Origin: an uncultured Bacilli bacterium
GTDB lineage: Bacteria > Bacillota_I > Bacilli_A > RF39 > UBA660
Length of the DNA stretch: 64,000 nucleotides
Assembly (NCBI GenBank): GCA_934096605.1
Contig: CAKOMI010000001.1
Coordinates: 11,776-75,775 of the forward strand
Direction of reading: 5' to 3'
Part shown: positions 48,624-59,048 of the stretch, piece by piece
Layout: each line of letters opens with the position of its first letter
How positions within the stretch are numbered: position 1 is the first letter of the stretch
Translations under genes and position numbers: made by a program
Notes under the pieces: model-generated
Told to the model about the DNA's origin: nothing
Database searches by the model: none
Seen by the model: the letters and a program-made list of their open reading frames with translations, nothing else

Positions 48624-49334
48624 TTGGATATAGAAAAAGAATTAGAAAAAGAAAAACAAAGACTTTTGTTTATTAAGAAACATTATAAGTTTTTTAATGT
48701 AAGAAATATATGTATATGTAAGATTGTAAATAAGTTATATGGTTTTAAAAATTACTATCCTTTTGTTTTAAGTTTAATCATGTCTTCTATGACTTTAAAA
48801 GGAGTTATCAGTTATGATTATGAAAAAAATGTTATAACAAAAGAAGGCTTAGAAAAGAGTAGTGCAACAGAGTATGGTGATGATGAGATGCTCTTTACTG
48901 AACCATATTACGTATTAGATGATAAACAATTTTATAAGCAAACAATTTATCAGGATTTTAATAAAGAAAAAATAAATTATTATTTTACTTTAAGTAAGGA
49001 AGAATTGGATAGTTTATTAGAAATAAAAGAAATATGTGTTACAGGAGATACGAAATTTTCGGGACTTAGTTATACAACGTATCAAAAACGTATGTATATA
49101 AATGAAAAGAAAGTATTATTAGCCTCTTTAGAATTCTTACTTATGACTTTGTTTAATTTCTTTATGCTTGGGCTTGGAGATGCGTTATTTATAGCTGATT
49201 TTGTAAAAAAAATTGATGAACAATATGATGAGTTAGATGAGAATGATTTTGAAATGATTGATTATTATCTTCAGATGATTGAAGAAAATATTAATGCTTT
49301 AGGGGTATATGATGATGCAGTTAAAAAAAGATGA
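48624..49334 (+). CDS. hypothetical protein, translationally coupled to the downstream ligase
   Basis: It is 236 aa and overlaps the next gene by 26 nt. Confidence 0.4.
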   Translation: MDIEKELEKEKQRLLFIKKHYKFFNVRNICICKIVNKLYGFKNYYPFVLSLIMSSMTLKGVISYDYEKNVITKEGLEKSSATEYGDDEMLFTEPYYVLDDKQFYKQTIYQDFNKEKINYYFTLSKEELDSLLEIKEICVTGDTKFSGLSYTTYQKRMYINEKKVLLASLEFLLMTLFNFFMLGLGDALFIADFVKKIDEQYDELDENDFEMIDYYLQMIEENINALGVYDDAVKKR

Positions 49335-50247
49335 GTTAAATAGAATTCTTAATACCAAACTTGTGTATCGAGAGACTTTGAATTTGCCAAGTAATGTTTT
49401 ATTTGGAATAGAAATTGAAAGCGAACGAATTAATTGTAGTAAAATTAAAGAGAGTCTTATGGAAAATGGTTTAGAATGGCTTGCTGGCATTGATTTAAGT
49501 GTTTATTCGGGGGCTGAAGTGGTAAGTCCTGTTTTAAAAGATGAAGAAAAAACTTGGGAAGAACTAAAAATAGTTTGTGAATTGATGCGAAAAAACCACG
49601 CTAAAATAACACCATGTTCTGGTTGGCATGTCCACGTAGGAGCTCATGTCTTGGATGGGGATATTGATGCTTTTAAAATTTTTTTGAAAACTTACATGAT
49701 CTATGAACCTATAATATTAAGATTTTGGTATGGAGAATATTTAACTGGCCGATCTGGCATGAGAAATTATGCCAATCAAATACAACATTTTTTATATGAT
49801 AATATGGAGTTCATTATGAAATGTGATAATTTAAAAGAAATACTTAGTTTACTTAAATTTTCTAATAAGTATTGTGCGGTTAATTTTCTTAATATGATTG
49901 ATATTAAAACTTATTCTTTTAGAAATACAATTGAATTTAGAGGCGGTAATGGTACACTTGAACCAGTTATTTGGCAAAATTATGTTAATCTGGCAACAAA
50001 ACTATTATTGTTTGTTAAAAGAAAAGATATTGATATTGATTTTTTAGATTGGAAAGTTAGAAATTTAGTCTTAAGCAATTCTCTTTATATGCTTTATGAG
50101 GGAATAGATTTAAAAGAGATGATTGAATTTGTTAATTTGATATTTACTAGGGAAATAGATAAGTTATATTTTGCCAGACAATATTTAAAAGATATGCGTT
50201 TCGGGTATGGGAATGAGGCTAAATTAAGTCGTAAATTTATTAAATAA
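49309..50247 (+). CDS. carboxylate-amine ligase of the GCS2/YbdK-like amidoligase family
   Basis: An N-terminal FGIEIESERI is followed by SGWHVHVGAHV, matching the GCS2 pattern. Confidence 0.55.
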   Translation: MMMQLKKDELNRILNTKLVYRETLNLPSNVLFGIEIESERINCSKIKESLMENGLEWLAGIDLSVYSGAEVVSPVLKDEEKTWEELKIVCELMRKNHAKITPCSGWHVHVGAHVLDGDIDAFKIFLKTYMIYEPIILRFWYGEYLTGRSGMRNYANQIQHFLYDNMEFIMKCDNLKEILSLLKFSNKYCAVNFLNMIDIKTYSFRNTIEFRGGNGTLEPVIWQNYVNLATKLLLFVKRKDIDIDFLDWKVRNLVLSNSLYMLYEGIDLKEMIEFVNLIFTREIDKLYFARQYLKDMRFGYGNEAKLSRKFIK

Positions 50248-50267
50248 AAAAGACATATAGATGGTGT

Positions 50268-50993
50268 TTATATGTCTTCATTTAATAAATTTTTTTTATA
50301 TTCATTATAAGCTTTGATTTCATTTTTATCATGATATTCTTGATATTCTATTTTTTTCTCTTTTAATATTTGTTTTACTAAGTATTCAGTAAAATAAGGA
50401 TTTCTAATTAGAATGGGACCAAGTATATATGTACCATAGAAATTGTTTTTATGAATGCCTTCAGAAGGAGATTTTGGCTGGTAGCCTGTACCAGATTTGA
50501 TATCAAATAGATGGGGGTCTTTAACGAATTTCAAAACGGAACTACGATTTTGGAAACCAATAATTTCTTCTTGAAAGTTTTTCATTGTGGCCACGGTTTC
50601 GCCGACAATTCGAAAATCAGTTTCATGGGCTTCATAATTAAATAATCCGAGGGTTTCTTTTTTGATATCATCTTTAGTGTAGTAGGCTTTACCAAAGAAA
50701 TCTAAAGCGTTACCAGTAATAATAAAGAATTTGTTTTCTTTGTAAGATTTTATAAATTCACTTTTATGCTTCAACATGTTATCTAAAACAAATAAGAAAT
50801 TTTCTTTATTACCACTGCCAATGTAGAAAATATCATATTTAGAAAAATCAATGTTATCTTCTACCGATAAGTAATGAGTAATAACTCTTACTTTATGGTT
50901 TTCTAAGTGGTGTGCAAGGGCAAGTATATTTCCATGTTCGCCATAAAGATTCATTAAGTCATAGTATAAATGGGCTATTTTAATCGTTTCCAT
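50268..50993 (-). CDS. gatD: lipid II isoglutaminyl synthase glutaminase subunit GatD (CobQ-type glutamine amidotransferase)
   Basis: It is 241 aa and begins IAHLYYDLMNLYGEHGN. It overlaps the upstream murT. Confidence 0.75.
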   Translation of the reverse strand: METIKIAHLYYDLMNLYGEHGNILALAHHLENHKVRVITHYLSVEDNIDFSKYDIFYIGSGNKENFLFVLDNMLKHKSEFIKSYKENKFFIITGNALDFFGKAYYTKDDIKKETLGLFNYEAHETDFRIVGETVATMKNFQEEIIGFQNRSSVLKFVKDPHLFDIKSGTGYQPKSPSEGIHKNNFYGTYILGPILIRNPYFTEYLVKQILKEKKIEYQEYHDKNEIKAYNEYKKNLLNEDI

Positions 50994-52329
50994 TTGCGGC
51001 CTCCTTAAATTTTGTTTTTAAAACAGACGTCATATCAAAGCAAACCATTGTATAAATATCACCTTTAGTTTCATTTAAAAGGATTTTATTTATGTCATTT
51101 AGATCATCGACCATGATAATTTTATCTTCTTTTATTTTAGCATAGTTTAATCTGACTAAAATGTCCCATTTGAAACGGCCAATTAAAACAATATGCTTGA
51201 TAGATTCTTCATTTAATAATTCAAAGTCAACGTCCCATAACCAAGATAAATCATTATATTTGTATCTTCTTGAAACATTATCAAAACCTAAGATAACGGT
51301 TTTTTCGCCATCAGCTTCGGCAATATATTTAAGACTTTGATAGTAACTTAAAGCATTTTCATTTTTACTTTCAAGCATCGTAATATCACGATCTAAAAGT
51401 TTTAATTCTTTACCTCGTTTAGTACTAACTTTATCTTTATTTAGAGCATATAAGATTTTGTTTTTCTTAATGCCAATAGAGTTACATAAAGCGTAGGCGG
51501 CAACCTCAGCATAAACAGTGAATAAAAAGTTTTTATTTAAAGAAATGGTTTCATTATCAATAGTAAATGTTTTATTTTTAAAATCAACGTTTTTAGCTAA
51601 ATAATCAGGATTACCTCTTTTAAAGTCACAGCCTGGGCAATAATATGAACCAATATGACCATAATGATAATAATAATAAATTAGTTTTCTATGGCATACT
51701 GGACAATAAGCGTTATCTAAACTAAAGTTATCTTTTTTGTTATAAGAAAGACTAGTTTTGGCAACACCATAGGTAATAACTTTACCTTTGAACATTTCTT
51801 TAGATTTCATAAGACCTGGGTCATCAGCATTTAAAATAAGCGTGGTTGATTCATCAATTGCATTAAATATTGCGTCATATACTATATCAGGAGAACCATT
51901 ACGGGCTGGTTGATCTCTTGTAATATTTGTTACAACCAAGTGAGTCATCTTATTTTTGCCAAACGCTAAATGCAAGTGTTTTTCATCTAATTCAAGTAGT
52001 AAAACGTCATGTTTAAAACGACCAAAGATAGTACAATTATTTAAAATAAGAGTTGTAATACCGCGAATACCATTACTACCACTTTCATTATAAACAACGT
52101 CTAAACCAGCATCTTTTAAAATATGATAAATAAAGTTAGTAGTTGTTCCTTTACCACTAGAACCAGTAACACCAATAACATATTTAGGATATTTTATTTT
52201 TTCTAGGACACGCTGATTCATATTGTAACTAATAGAACCAGGAAATTGGGTACCATTTTTTTTAAATAGTTTACATATATATGTTAAAATTTTATTGACT
52301 ATAATTTGTAAAGTCATCATGTTAATCAC
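50980..52329 (-). CDS. murT: lipid II isoglutaminyl synthase ligase subunit MurT
   Basis: It has the Mur ligase P-loop VIGVTGSSGKGTTT. A Cys4 zinc ribbon (CPVCH...CPGCD) and a DUF1727-like C-terminus are also present. Confidence 0.8.
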   Translation of the reverse strand: MINMMTLQIIVNKILTYICKLFKKNGTQFPGSISYNMNQRVLEKIKYPKYVIGVTGSSGKGTTTNFIYHILKDAGLDVVYNESGSNGIRGITTLILNNCTIFGRFKHDVLLLELDEKHLHLAFGKNKMTHLVVTNITRDQPARNGSPDIVYDAIFNAIDESTTLILNADDPGLMKSKEMFKGKVITYGVAKTSLSYNKKDNFSLDNAYCPVCHRKLIYYYYHYGHIGSYYCPGCDFKRGNPDYLAKNVDFKNKTFTIDNETISLNKNFLFTVYAEVAAYALCNSIGIKKNKILYALNKDKVSTKRGKELKLLDRDITMLESKNENALSYYQSLKYIAEADGEKTVILGFDNVSRRYKYNDLSWLWDVDFELLNEESIKHIVLIGRFKWDILVRLNYAKIKEDKIIMVDDLNDINKILLNETKGDIYTMVCFDMTSVLKTKFKEAANGND

Positions 52330-52438
52330 TCCTTAAACCTTATTATAGCACGGGGTTATAGTCTTTTTATAAAAAAATACTAAAAAAACTCTTATTTGAC
52401 GACTTTTTTTATATTTGGTATATTTATTAAGAGGTCAT

Positions 52439-53317
52439 ATGGAAAAATTAGTTAAAGAATATTTAGATTATTTAAAATATATAAGAGGGTATCAAGAAAA
52501 CACTATTAATTCTTATTTAATAGAACTTACTAAGTACTCATCTTATTTAAAAGAAAAAAAGATTAATTATCTTATAATTAGTAAAGATGAAATATATGCT
52601 TATTTAAAATATTTAGATGATTTAGGTTATAAAAAAGTTTCTGTTGCAAGGCATTTAAGTGCTTTAAGAGGCTTTTATGATTATTTGAAAAGAGAAGGGC
52701 TTATAAAGACTAATATATATAAGTTAATTAAGAATCCTAAATTAGAGAAGAAGTTACCTAATGTTTTAAATGATGAAGAAATAGATAAGATTTTTGCTTT
52801 TCCAAAAGATGAAAAACCAAAGAATGCGATAACTCGTGTTTTATTTGAGGTTATATACGCAACTGGTATTAGAATATCCGAATTTATCAATATTAAAGAA
52901 AATGATATTGATTTTAATGATGGTAGTATTAGAATACTTGGAAAAGGCAAAAAGGAACGAATTGTGTATTTTGGGGAGTATGCTCGGGAGGCCCTTAAAG
53001 ATTACTTAATAGTAAGAGAAAAGATTAAGAAGGAAGATACGGATTATTTATTTTTGAATGTTAGCGGTTATAGATTAAAAAGAAGAAGTGCAGAACAAAT
53101 TGTTTATGATTGGATTGATAGGGTTTCAATAAATCATCATATTTCACCGCATACCCTAAGGCATACTTTCGCGACCAGTCTTCTTACACACGGAGCAGAT
53201 ATTAGAACAGTGCAAGAGCTATTAGGGCACGAAAAACTAGGAACAACGCAGATATATACGCATCTTACTAGTGATTACTTAAAAGAAGAGTATTTTAAAA
53301 AAATGAAACGAGAATAA
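52439..53317 (+). CDS. site-specific tyrosine recombinase XerC/XerD family
   Basis: It has the catalytic tail RHTFATSLLTHGADIRTVQELLGHEKLGTTQIYTH and a core-binding N-terminal domain. Confidence 0.85.
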   Translation: MEKLVKEYLDYLKYIRGYQENTINSYLIELTKYSSYLKEKKINYLIISKDEIYAYLKYLDDLGYKKVSVARHLSALRGFYDYLKREGLIKTNIYKLIKNPKLEKKLPNVLNDEEIDKIFAFPKDEKPKNAITRVLFEVIYATGIRISEFINIKENDIDFNDGSIRILGKGKKERIVYFGEYAREALKDYLIVREKIKKEDTDYLFLNVSGYRLKRRSAEQIVYDWIDRVSINHHISPHTLRHTFATSLLTHGADIRTVQELLGHEKLGTTQIYTHLTSDYLKEEYFKKMKRE

Positions 53318-53323
53318 ACTCTT

Positions 53324-53941
53324 TTGGTTTCAATTGACTTTTCTAAGTATTATGCTAAAATAAATGGCGTATTGAAAGGGAATTTAAAAATGAGTGAAGA
53401 AGAAAGATTAAAAAAATTAGAGACAATGTTAAAAGAATTAAAAGAAACCGTTCGATTATATAACGAGTTAAATCCACAAGGAAAGATTGAAATTGTACCT
53501 AGTTTAGAAGATGTAAGTCAGGTAGTTATTTGTACGCATGACGATGGACATATTGGCCTATTTAAGAAAATTAATTGCTTTGAAAAAGTTATTGGCAATA
53601 ATAAGTATAAGATAGGTACTATTTATAAGGGAATGGATTCTAGTTGTGTAGCTCTAAAAACATTTCATAAAAAATCGGCGTTTCTTGATTATTTTATGGC
53701 TAGTGGAACAGGTGTTTGTTTAGAAAATGGCTCATATGTGGCTAATTGTGTTATAGATAATGAAATGAGTTTTGATGATATGCGGCAAATTATGCGTGAT
53801 AATGGTGAAATTGAAAGTTTTCAATATGGTAAAGCTTCAAAAGAAGAAATGGTCTTTGTTTTAGCATATGCTACTAAGTACTATAATTTATCTTCTGAAA
53901 AATTAAAAAGAGAAAAAAATGATGCAATAAGTAGGAAATAA
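53324..53941 (+). CDS. hypothetical protein
   Basis: It is 205 aa. A likelier start is the ATG at 53390 (MSEEERLKK). Confidence 0.35.
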   Translation: MVSIDFSKYYAKINGVLKGNLKMSEEERLKKLETMLKELKETVRLYNELNPQGKIEIVPSLEDVSQVVICTHDDGHIGLFKKINCFEKVIGNNKYKIGTIYKGMDSSCVALKTFHKKSAFLDYFMASGTGVCLENGSYVANCVIDNEMSFDDMRQIMRDNGEIESFQYGKASKEEMVFVLAYATKYYNLSSEKLKREKNDAISRK

Positions 53942-54027
53942 CCTACTTTTTATATTGGAGTAAATAAAAGTATTGAATGTTTTTTAAAACTCAAGTAAAA
54001 TAATAGAAACAAAAGGAGGCGGCTAAA

Positions 54028-55302
54028 ATGTTTGTTGATGAAGTAAAAATGGAACTTTATGCTGGTCGTGGTGGCGATGGCTGTACGTCTTTTAGACGAG
54101 AAAAATATATTCCGATGGGGGGGCCTGATGGTGGTTCTGGTGGTAAAGGGGGCGACATTATTTTTGTAGCATCTAAAGATTTAAAGACCTTAGTTGATTT
54201 AAAGTATCACCGAATTATGAAAGCCGATAAAGGAATGAATGGTAAAGGAAAAAATAGAAAAGGAAAAGATGCTGATAATATTGTAGTTAAAGTACCACTT
54301 GGCACAACTGTTATAGATGATGATACAGGACTTGTGATGGCTGATTTGACGCATGATAAAGAAGAGTTAGTTGTGGCAGAAGGTGGACGCGGAGGCCGTG
54401 GTAACGTAGCTTTTGCAACACATGAAAAACCAGCACCAGAGTTTTCAGAGCTTGGTGAACCTGGAGAGGTTAGATATATTAAATGTGAATTAAAAGTGTT
54501 AGCAGATGTGGGATTAGTCGGAATGCCAAGTGTTGGCAAAAGTTCTATTTTGGCGGCTGTTTCTAGTGCGACGCCTAAAATTGCGGCCTATCATTTTACA
54601 ACTTTAACGCCTAACTTAGGGGTAGTAAATCTTAAAAATGGTCAAAAATTTGTTCTAGCTGATTTACCAGGAATGATTGAAGGAGCTAGTGAAGGTGTTG
54701 GTCTTGGTGATCGCTTTTTAAAACATGCCAAAAGAACAAGAATTTTAGCTCATGTTCTTGATATGGCTGGTAGTGAGGGAAGAGATCCGATAGATGACTA
54801 TGAAATTATTAGAAAAGAAATAGTTAATTATAATGATGATTTAGCTAATAAGTTAGAAATAGTTGTAGCCAATAAAATGGATATGCCAGACTTTAAAGAA
54901 AATTTAGAAAGATTTAAAGCTAAATATCCGGATAAACAAGTATATGCTGTAAGTGCAATAAATAATGAAGGCTTAGATGAATTAATGAATGGGCTTAGTG
55001 CTTCTTTAGAAAAAATTGAAAGTACAGATTTATATACAGAAGAAGATTATGAAAGTACCATTGTTTATAAATTTAAAAATGAAAAACCATATACAATTAC
55101 AAAAGAGAATGGTATATGGGTATTAAGAGGAAAAGAAATTGAAAAATTATTTGCTATGACAAGATTTACAGAACAAGAAGGAGTTATGCGTTTTGCAAGA
55201 AAATTAAAAGGTATGGGCGTTGAGGATGAGTTAGAACGACTTGGAGCAAAACGAGGCGATGAGGTCCAAATTTTAGATTATATTTTTGAATTTAAAGATT
55301 AG
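54028..55302 (+). CDS. obg: GTPase Obg
   Basis: It has the Gly-rich N-terminal domain (GGPDGGSGGKGGD) and the G1 motif GMPSVGKSS. A C-terminal OCT domain is present. Confidence 0.95.
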   Translation: MFVDEVKMELYAGRGGDGCTSFRREKYIPMGGPDGGSGGKGGDIIFVASKDLKTLVDLKYHRIMKADKGMNGKGKNRKGKDADNIVVKVPLGTTVIDDDTGLVMADLTHDKEELVVAEGGRGGRGNVAFATHEKPAPEFSELGEPGEVRYIKCELKVLADVGLVGMPSVGKSSILAAVSSATPKIAAYHFTTLTPNLGVVNLKNGQKFVLADLPGMIEGASEGVGLGDRFLKHAKRTRILAHVLDMAGSEGRDPIDDYEIIRKEIVNYNDDLANKLEIVVANKMDMPDFKENLERFKAKYPDKQVYAVSAINNEGLDELMNGLSASLEKIESTDLYTEEDYESTIVYKFKNEKPYTITKENGIWVLRGKEIEKLFAMTRFTEQEGVMRFARKLKGMGVEDELERLGAKRGDEVQILDYIFEFKD

Positions 55303-55625
55303 TCTTTAAACTTTAAAACTGAACCAACATGTAAAGAGGTACCAACATTTTTAGGTAACTCTAGAATGCTGGTTTTTTTTGAGTCATCACTTACTTTGAC
55401 AATTTTGTTTTTAGGAACGTCTAAATAAATAAAGATAACTTGATTGTCTTTATTTAGACCAAATACATTAATATTTTCTTTCATAAAAAAGGTATGAATC
55501 GCGTTACAATTGGGAAAAAGAATTCCTTTTTGAATATTTTTTTGGCCCATAAGGCCTAGTAGTCTTGTTTTAAAATCTTTGGCAATAGTAATTTCAATAT
55601 TTTTATTATTTAATTTTAATGTCAT
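55299..55625 (-). CDS. DUF192 domain protein
   Basis: It has the DUF192 signature LLGLMG...HTFFM. Length is 108 aa. Confidence 0.55.
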   Translation of the reverse strand: MTLKLNNKNIEITIAKDFKTRLLGLMGQKNIQKGILFPNCNAIHTFFMKENINVFGLNKDNQVIFIYLDVPKNKIVKVSDDSKKTSILELPKNVGTSLHVGSVLKFKD

Positions 55626-55707
55626 GGTTATCTCCTTTTTAATTAATTTTATGTGTAAATATAATATATATTCTAAAAAAAGAAAGATTTAAATTTTTTC
55701 TTTCTTT

Positions 55708-56994
55708 TTAAATATCTAGAGTTTCAATAGATTTATTTTCATCAAGTTTTTTGCCATAGATGGCATTTTTAAGTTCTTTTTGTTCTTCACCTAAATCATC
55801 TTCGACGTCAATTACTCTTAAAACTTCCTCAAAACTGGTTAAGCCATTGATAACTTTGATTAAACCATCATCAAGTAAGCTAGTAGTATTGCCACTTTTG
55901 TAGATCAATTCTCTTATTTGTTCTTTTGGAGTGTTATTTACAATAGCGTCTCTGATATCTTGGTTAAGTAGTAAAACCTCATGAAGAGCAATACGTCCTT
56001 TATAACCTTTGTAACATGAATCACAACCAACAGGTTTATATATTTTTTCAATATCCATGCCAAGCGCTTCTTTAAAAACTCTTTTTTCATAAGGAGTTGT
56101 TTCTCTTTCGGAACGACATTTAGGACATAGTTTTTTACATAGCCTTTGGGAGATTATAGCTTCTAGAGCTGAACCTAGTAAGTATCTTTCTACATCCATA
56201 TCAGTAAGTCTTTCAATAGTGGTAAGCGAGTTATTAGTGTGGATTGTTGATAATACTAAGTGACCAGTGATAGAGGCACGAACAGCAATTTTGGCTGTTT
56301 CACTGTCTCTTATCTCACCAATCATGATGATATCAGGGTCTTGTCTTAAGATTGAACGAAGTGCACTAGCAAAAGTAAGACCAATTTCACTCATAACTTG
56401 TACTTGGTTAATACCAGATAGTTTCATTTCAACTGGGTCTTCAACAGTAATAATATTTCTTTCAATTGTATTTAGAGCTTGGAGCATAGCGTAAACAGTA
56501 GTTGATTTACCAGTACCGGTAGCACCAGTAACTAAGATAATACCATTTGGTTTAGCCATTGTTTTTTTGACTTTTTCTAAGTTTTTATCAGAGAAACCCA
56601 AGGATTCTAGTGTACTTAGTGTTGAACTATAATCTAAAAGACGAATAACGACCTTTTCACCATAGACAATTGGTAGGGTAGAAACACGAAGATCTAAGTC
56701 TTTGCCATCAACTTGCATTTTAATCGCGCCGTCTTGCGGAATACGTGATTCAGTGATATTCATACCAGAAATAATTTTAACTCTGGTTACTAAGTTTTTC
56801 TTAACAGCCTCTGGAACAGTTGCATAAAGTATCAATTCACCATCAACTCTAATACGAACATTTAAAATTGTTGGCGTAGGATCAAAGTGAATATCACTTG
56901 CTCTTTTTCTAGCAGCATCAATAAGCATATTATTAACTATATCTACTATAGGTTGATTTTGATAATCATATTCTGTAAACATACTAGTCACCAA
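55708..56994 (-). CDS. type II/IV secretion ATPase (PilB/GspE/ComGA-like)
   Basis: It has the Walker A motif VTGATGTGKSTT, Asp/His boxes and the tetracysteine motif CPKC...CDSC. Confidence 0.85.
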   Translation of the reverse strand: MVTSMFTEYDYQNQPIVDIVNNMLIDAARKRASDIHFDPTPTILNVRIRVDGELILYATVPEAVKKNLVTRVKIISGMNITESRIPQDGAIKMQVDGKDLDLRVSTLPIVYGEKVVIRLLDYSSTLSTLESLGFSDKNLEKVKKTMAKPNGIILVTGATGTGKSTTVYAMLQALNTIERNIITVEDPVEMKLSGINQVQVMSEIGLTFASALRSILRQDPDIIMIGEIRDSETAKIAVRASITGHLVLSTIHTNNSLTTIERLTDMDVERYLLGSALEAIISQRLCKKLCPKCRSERETTPYEKRVFKEALGMDIEKIYKPVGCDSCYKGYKGRIALHEVLLLNQDIRDAIVNNTPKEQIRELIYKSGNTTSLLDDGLIKVINGLTSFEEVLRVIDVEDDLGEEQKELKNAIYGKKLDENKSIETLDI

Positions 56995-57094
56995 TCCTTT
57001 TATTCTTTAATAATTTTATCATGAATTGATAAGGAATACAATTCTATTAATGATAAAAGTTTTTTCTTGACAATTCTTTTGGGAGGAGGGTACA

Positions 57095-58912
57095 ATGATG
57101 ACATATATTAGAATAGAGGTATTGGTTATGAATAGTAAGAAAAGTTGGTCAAAAAAAATATTATTAGCTCTTGGCATATTAATAGGGTTAGTAGGCGTAA
57201 GTTATGCTTTATGGCATATAACACTTAGTGGTACAAATAATAATACAATTACAGCCACATGCTTTAATGTGTCTTTTACAGATCAAAATAATATTAGTAT
57301 TGAAAAAGCCTATCCTTTATTAGATGAAGAAGGAAAGAAATTAACACCTTATGAATTTACAATAACTAACAACTGTGATACATACGTTAAATATGATATT
57401 AACTTAGAAATATTAAATAATTCAACATTAACAAATATGGATTACATAAAATTAATGTTAGATGATGAGACACCTGCCTTAGTATCAAGTTATGATGTAA
57501 CAACAAAAACACTTAGTAATGCAAGTACAGCCTATAAAATTAAAATGAGTTATTTAAATGCTAAAGAAAGTAAAACCTATTATTTAAGATTATGGTTAGA
57601 TGAAAATGTTACTGGTGAAACAGAAGGAGTCCAAAATAATACCTTTATTTCTAAGATAACAGTAAACGCAAGTTATGCTGAAAGTGCTCCTGAATATTGT
57701 GAATTAAATCCAAATACAGCTGCATGTCAAATTGAAACATTAGCTGAAACTGACACAACTAATTTAGCAGTAGATGACTATGGCAATACAAGATATATCG
57801 GAGCGAATCCAAATAATTATGTCAGAGTAGAAGGAGAAGAATATACAAGTGATGTTTATTATGGTTATAACGGTTCTGATACTTCTTCTTATAGGGAGTA
57901 TTCTAGTTTAGATAAATGCACTCATTCCAGTACTTATTCTGCTAATTGTACATTAGTACCTAAAGGTACACCAATTTTATGGCGTATTATCGGTACAATG
58001 AAAGATATAGATGATGGTACCGGCAACAAGAGTGACAGATTAAAATTGATAAGAAATGATTCAATAGGCGAGTATTCATGGGACACAAGTGACTCAAGTG
58101 TTAATAGTGGCAATGGTGTCAATGAATGGAGCCAAGCAGATTTAATGAAGCTCTTAAATCCAGGTTATGAAAATGAAGAAATTGGTGGTTCATTATATTG
58201 GAATAATAAAAATGGTACATGCTATTACTCTTCCAATAATAAAACAACAAGTTGTGATTTCACAAATAGAGGCATAAATGGTAAATTGAAGTCATTAATA
58301 GGTAATGCCGTATGGAATACTGGTGCAAATGATGGAACAACGTATACGTATAAAAATATGAATGCTTCAGAATTTTATCAGTTAGAGAGAAGCAAGAATA
58401 TTGGTAAAATTTGCACAAGTGGCGATTATTGCAATGACTCAGTAGAAAGAACAACGACATGGACCGGTTTAGTTGGACTTATGTATTCGAGTGACTATGG
58501 ATATGCGACAAGTGGCGGCAGTACTACAGACAGAGCAACGTGTTTAAATGGTAATCTTAGTCATTGGAGTAAAAATTTTGAGTCTAACACTAATCAACAA
58601 ATTGTTACTGGATTTGAAGATTGTGTAATAAATAATTGGATATTTGATTCGTTTCTGCCACCACAGTGGACTATTTCATCAGCAAATGAGGTGTATAGTA
58701 AGGCAACTCAAGTATTTCTTGTTTGGCAATGTGTTTCCCCAAGTCCTGCAAGTAATGCTAGGCGTAAATATAACATAGATAATGATGGCCTTTCGGAAGA
58801 GACCACTTCTGGTATTGGCGCTGATGTTTTTCCAACTGTATATTTAAAATCATCTGTAAAAATTGCGTCTGGAAGTGGTTCAAAAGAGGACCCATTTGTT
58901 TTAGGAAATTGA
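57095..58912 (+). CDS. surface protein paralog D with the conserved C-terminal domain
   Basis: It has a strong GGAGGAGGG RBS. A basic-TM N-terminus ends VSYALW. A unique N-terminal module of about 190 aa is followed by the C-terminal domain. That domain is near-identical to B at DNA level over DDYGNTRYIG. The stop is TGA. Confidence 0.8.
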   Translation: MMTYIRIEVLVMNSKKSWSKKILLALGILIGLVGVSYALWHITLSGTNNNTITATCFNVSFTDQNNISIEKAYPLLDEEGKKLTPYEFTITNNCDTYVKYDINLEILNNSTLTNMDYIKLMLDDETPALVSSYDVTTKTLSNASTAYKIKMSYLNAKESKTYYLRLWLDENVTGETEGVQNNTFISKITVNASYAESAPEYCELNPNTAACQIETLAETDTTNLAVDDYGNTRYIGANPNNYVRVEGEEYTSDVYYGYNGSDTSSYREYSSLDKCTHSSTYSANCTLVPKGTPILWRIIGTMKDIDDGTGNKSDRLKLIRNDSIGEYSWDTSDSSVNSGNGVNEWSQADLMKLLNPGYENEEIGGSLYWNNKNGTCYYSSNNKTTSCDFTNRGINGKLKSLIGNAVWNTGANDGTTYTYKNMNASEFYQLERSKNIGKICTSGDYCNDSVERTTTWTGLVGLMYSSDYGYATSGGSTTDRATCLNGNLSHWSKNFESNTNQQIVTGFEDCVINNWIFDSFLPPQWTISSANEVYSKATQVFLVWQCVSPSPASNARRKYNIDNDGLSEETTSGIGADVFPTVYLKSSVKIASGSGSKEDPFVLGN

Positions 58913-59048
58913 TATGTTAGGGGCATATCTTTTTTTCTTTGATAGTATAATTAAATATGATAAAAAAATATAAAAATATTGCCGTTTTCATCTTTTTCTT
59001 TTGGAGATATTTTGTTATAATACGTTTTGTATGGAGGGCGGTGTTAAG

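Noticed and set aside
54114-54121. A G7 run inside obg, as a possible phase-variable tract
   Set aside because: It encodes the conserved GGPDGG glycine-rich motif of an essential GTPase. It is short, in frame and the codon choice is forced, so it is not a contingency locus.
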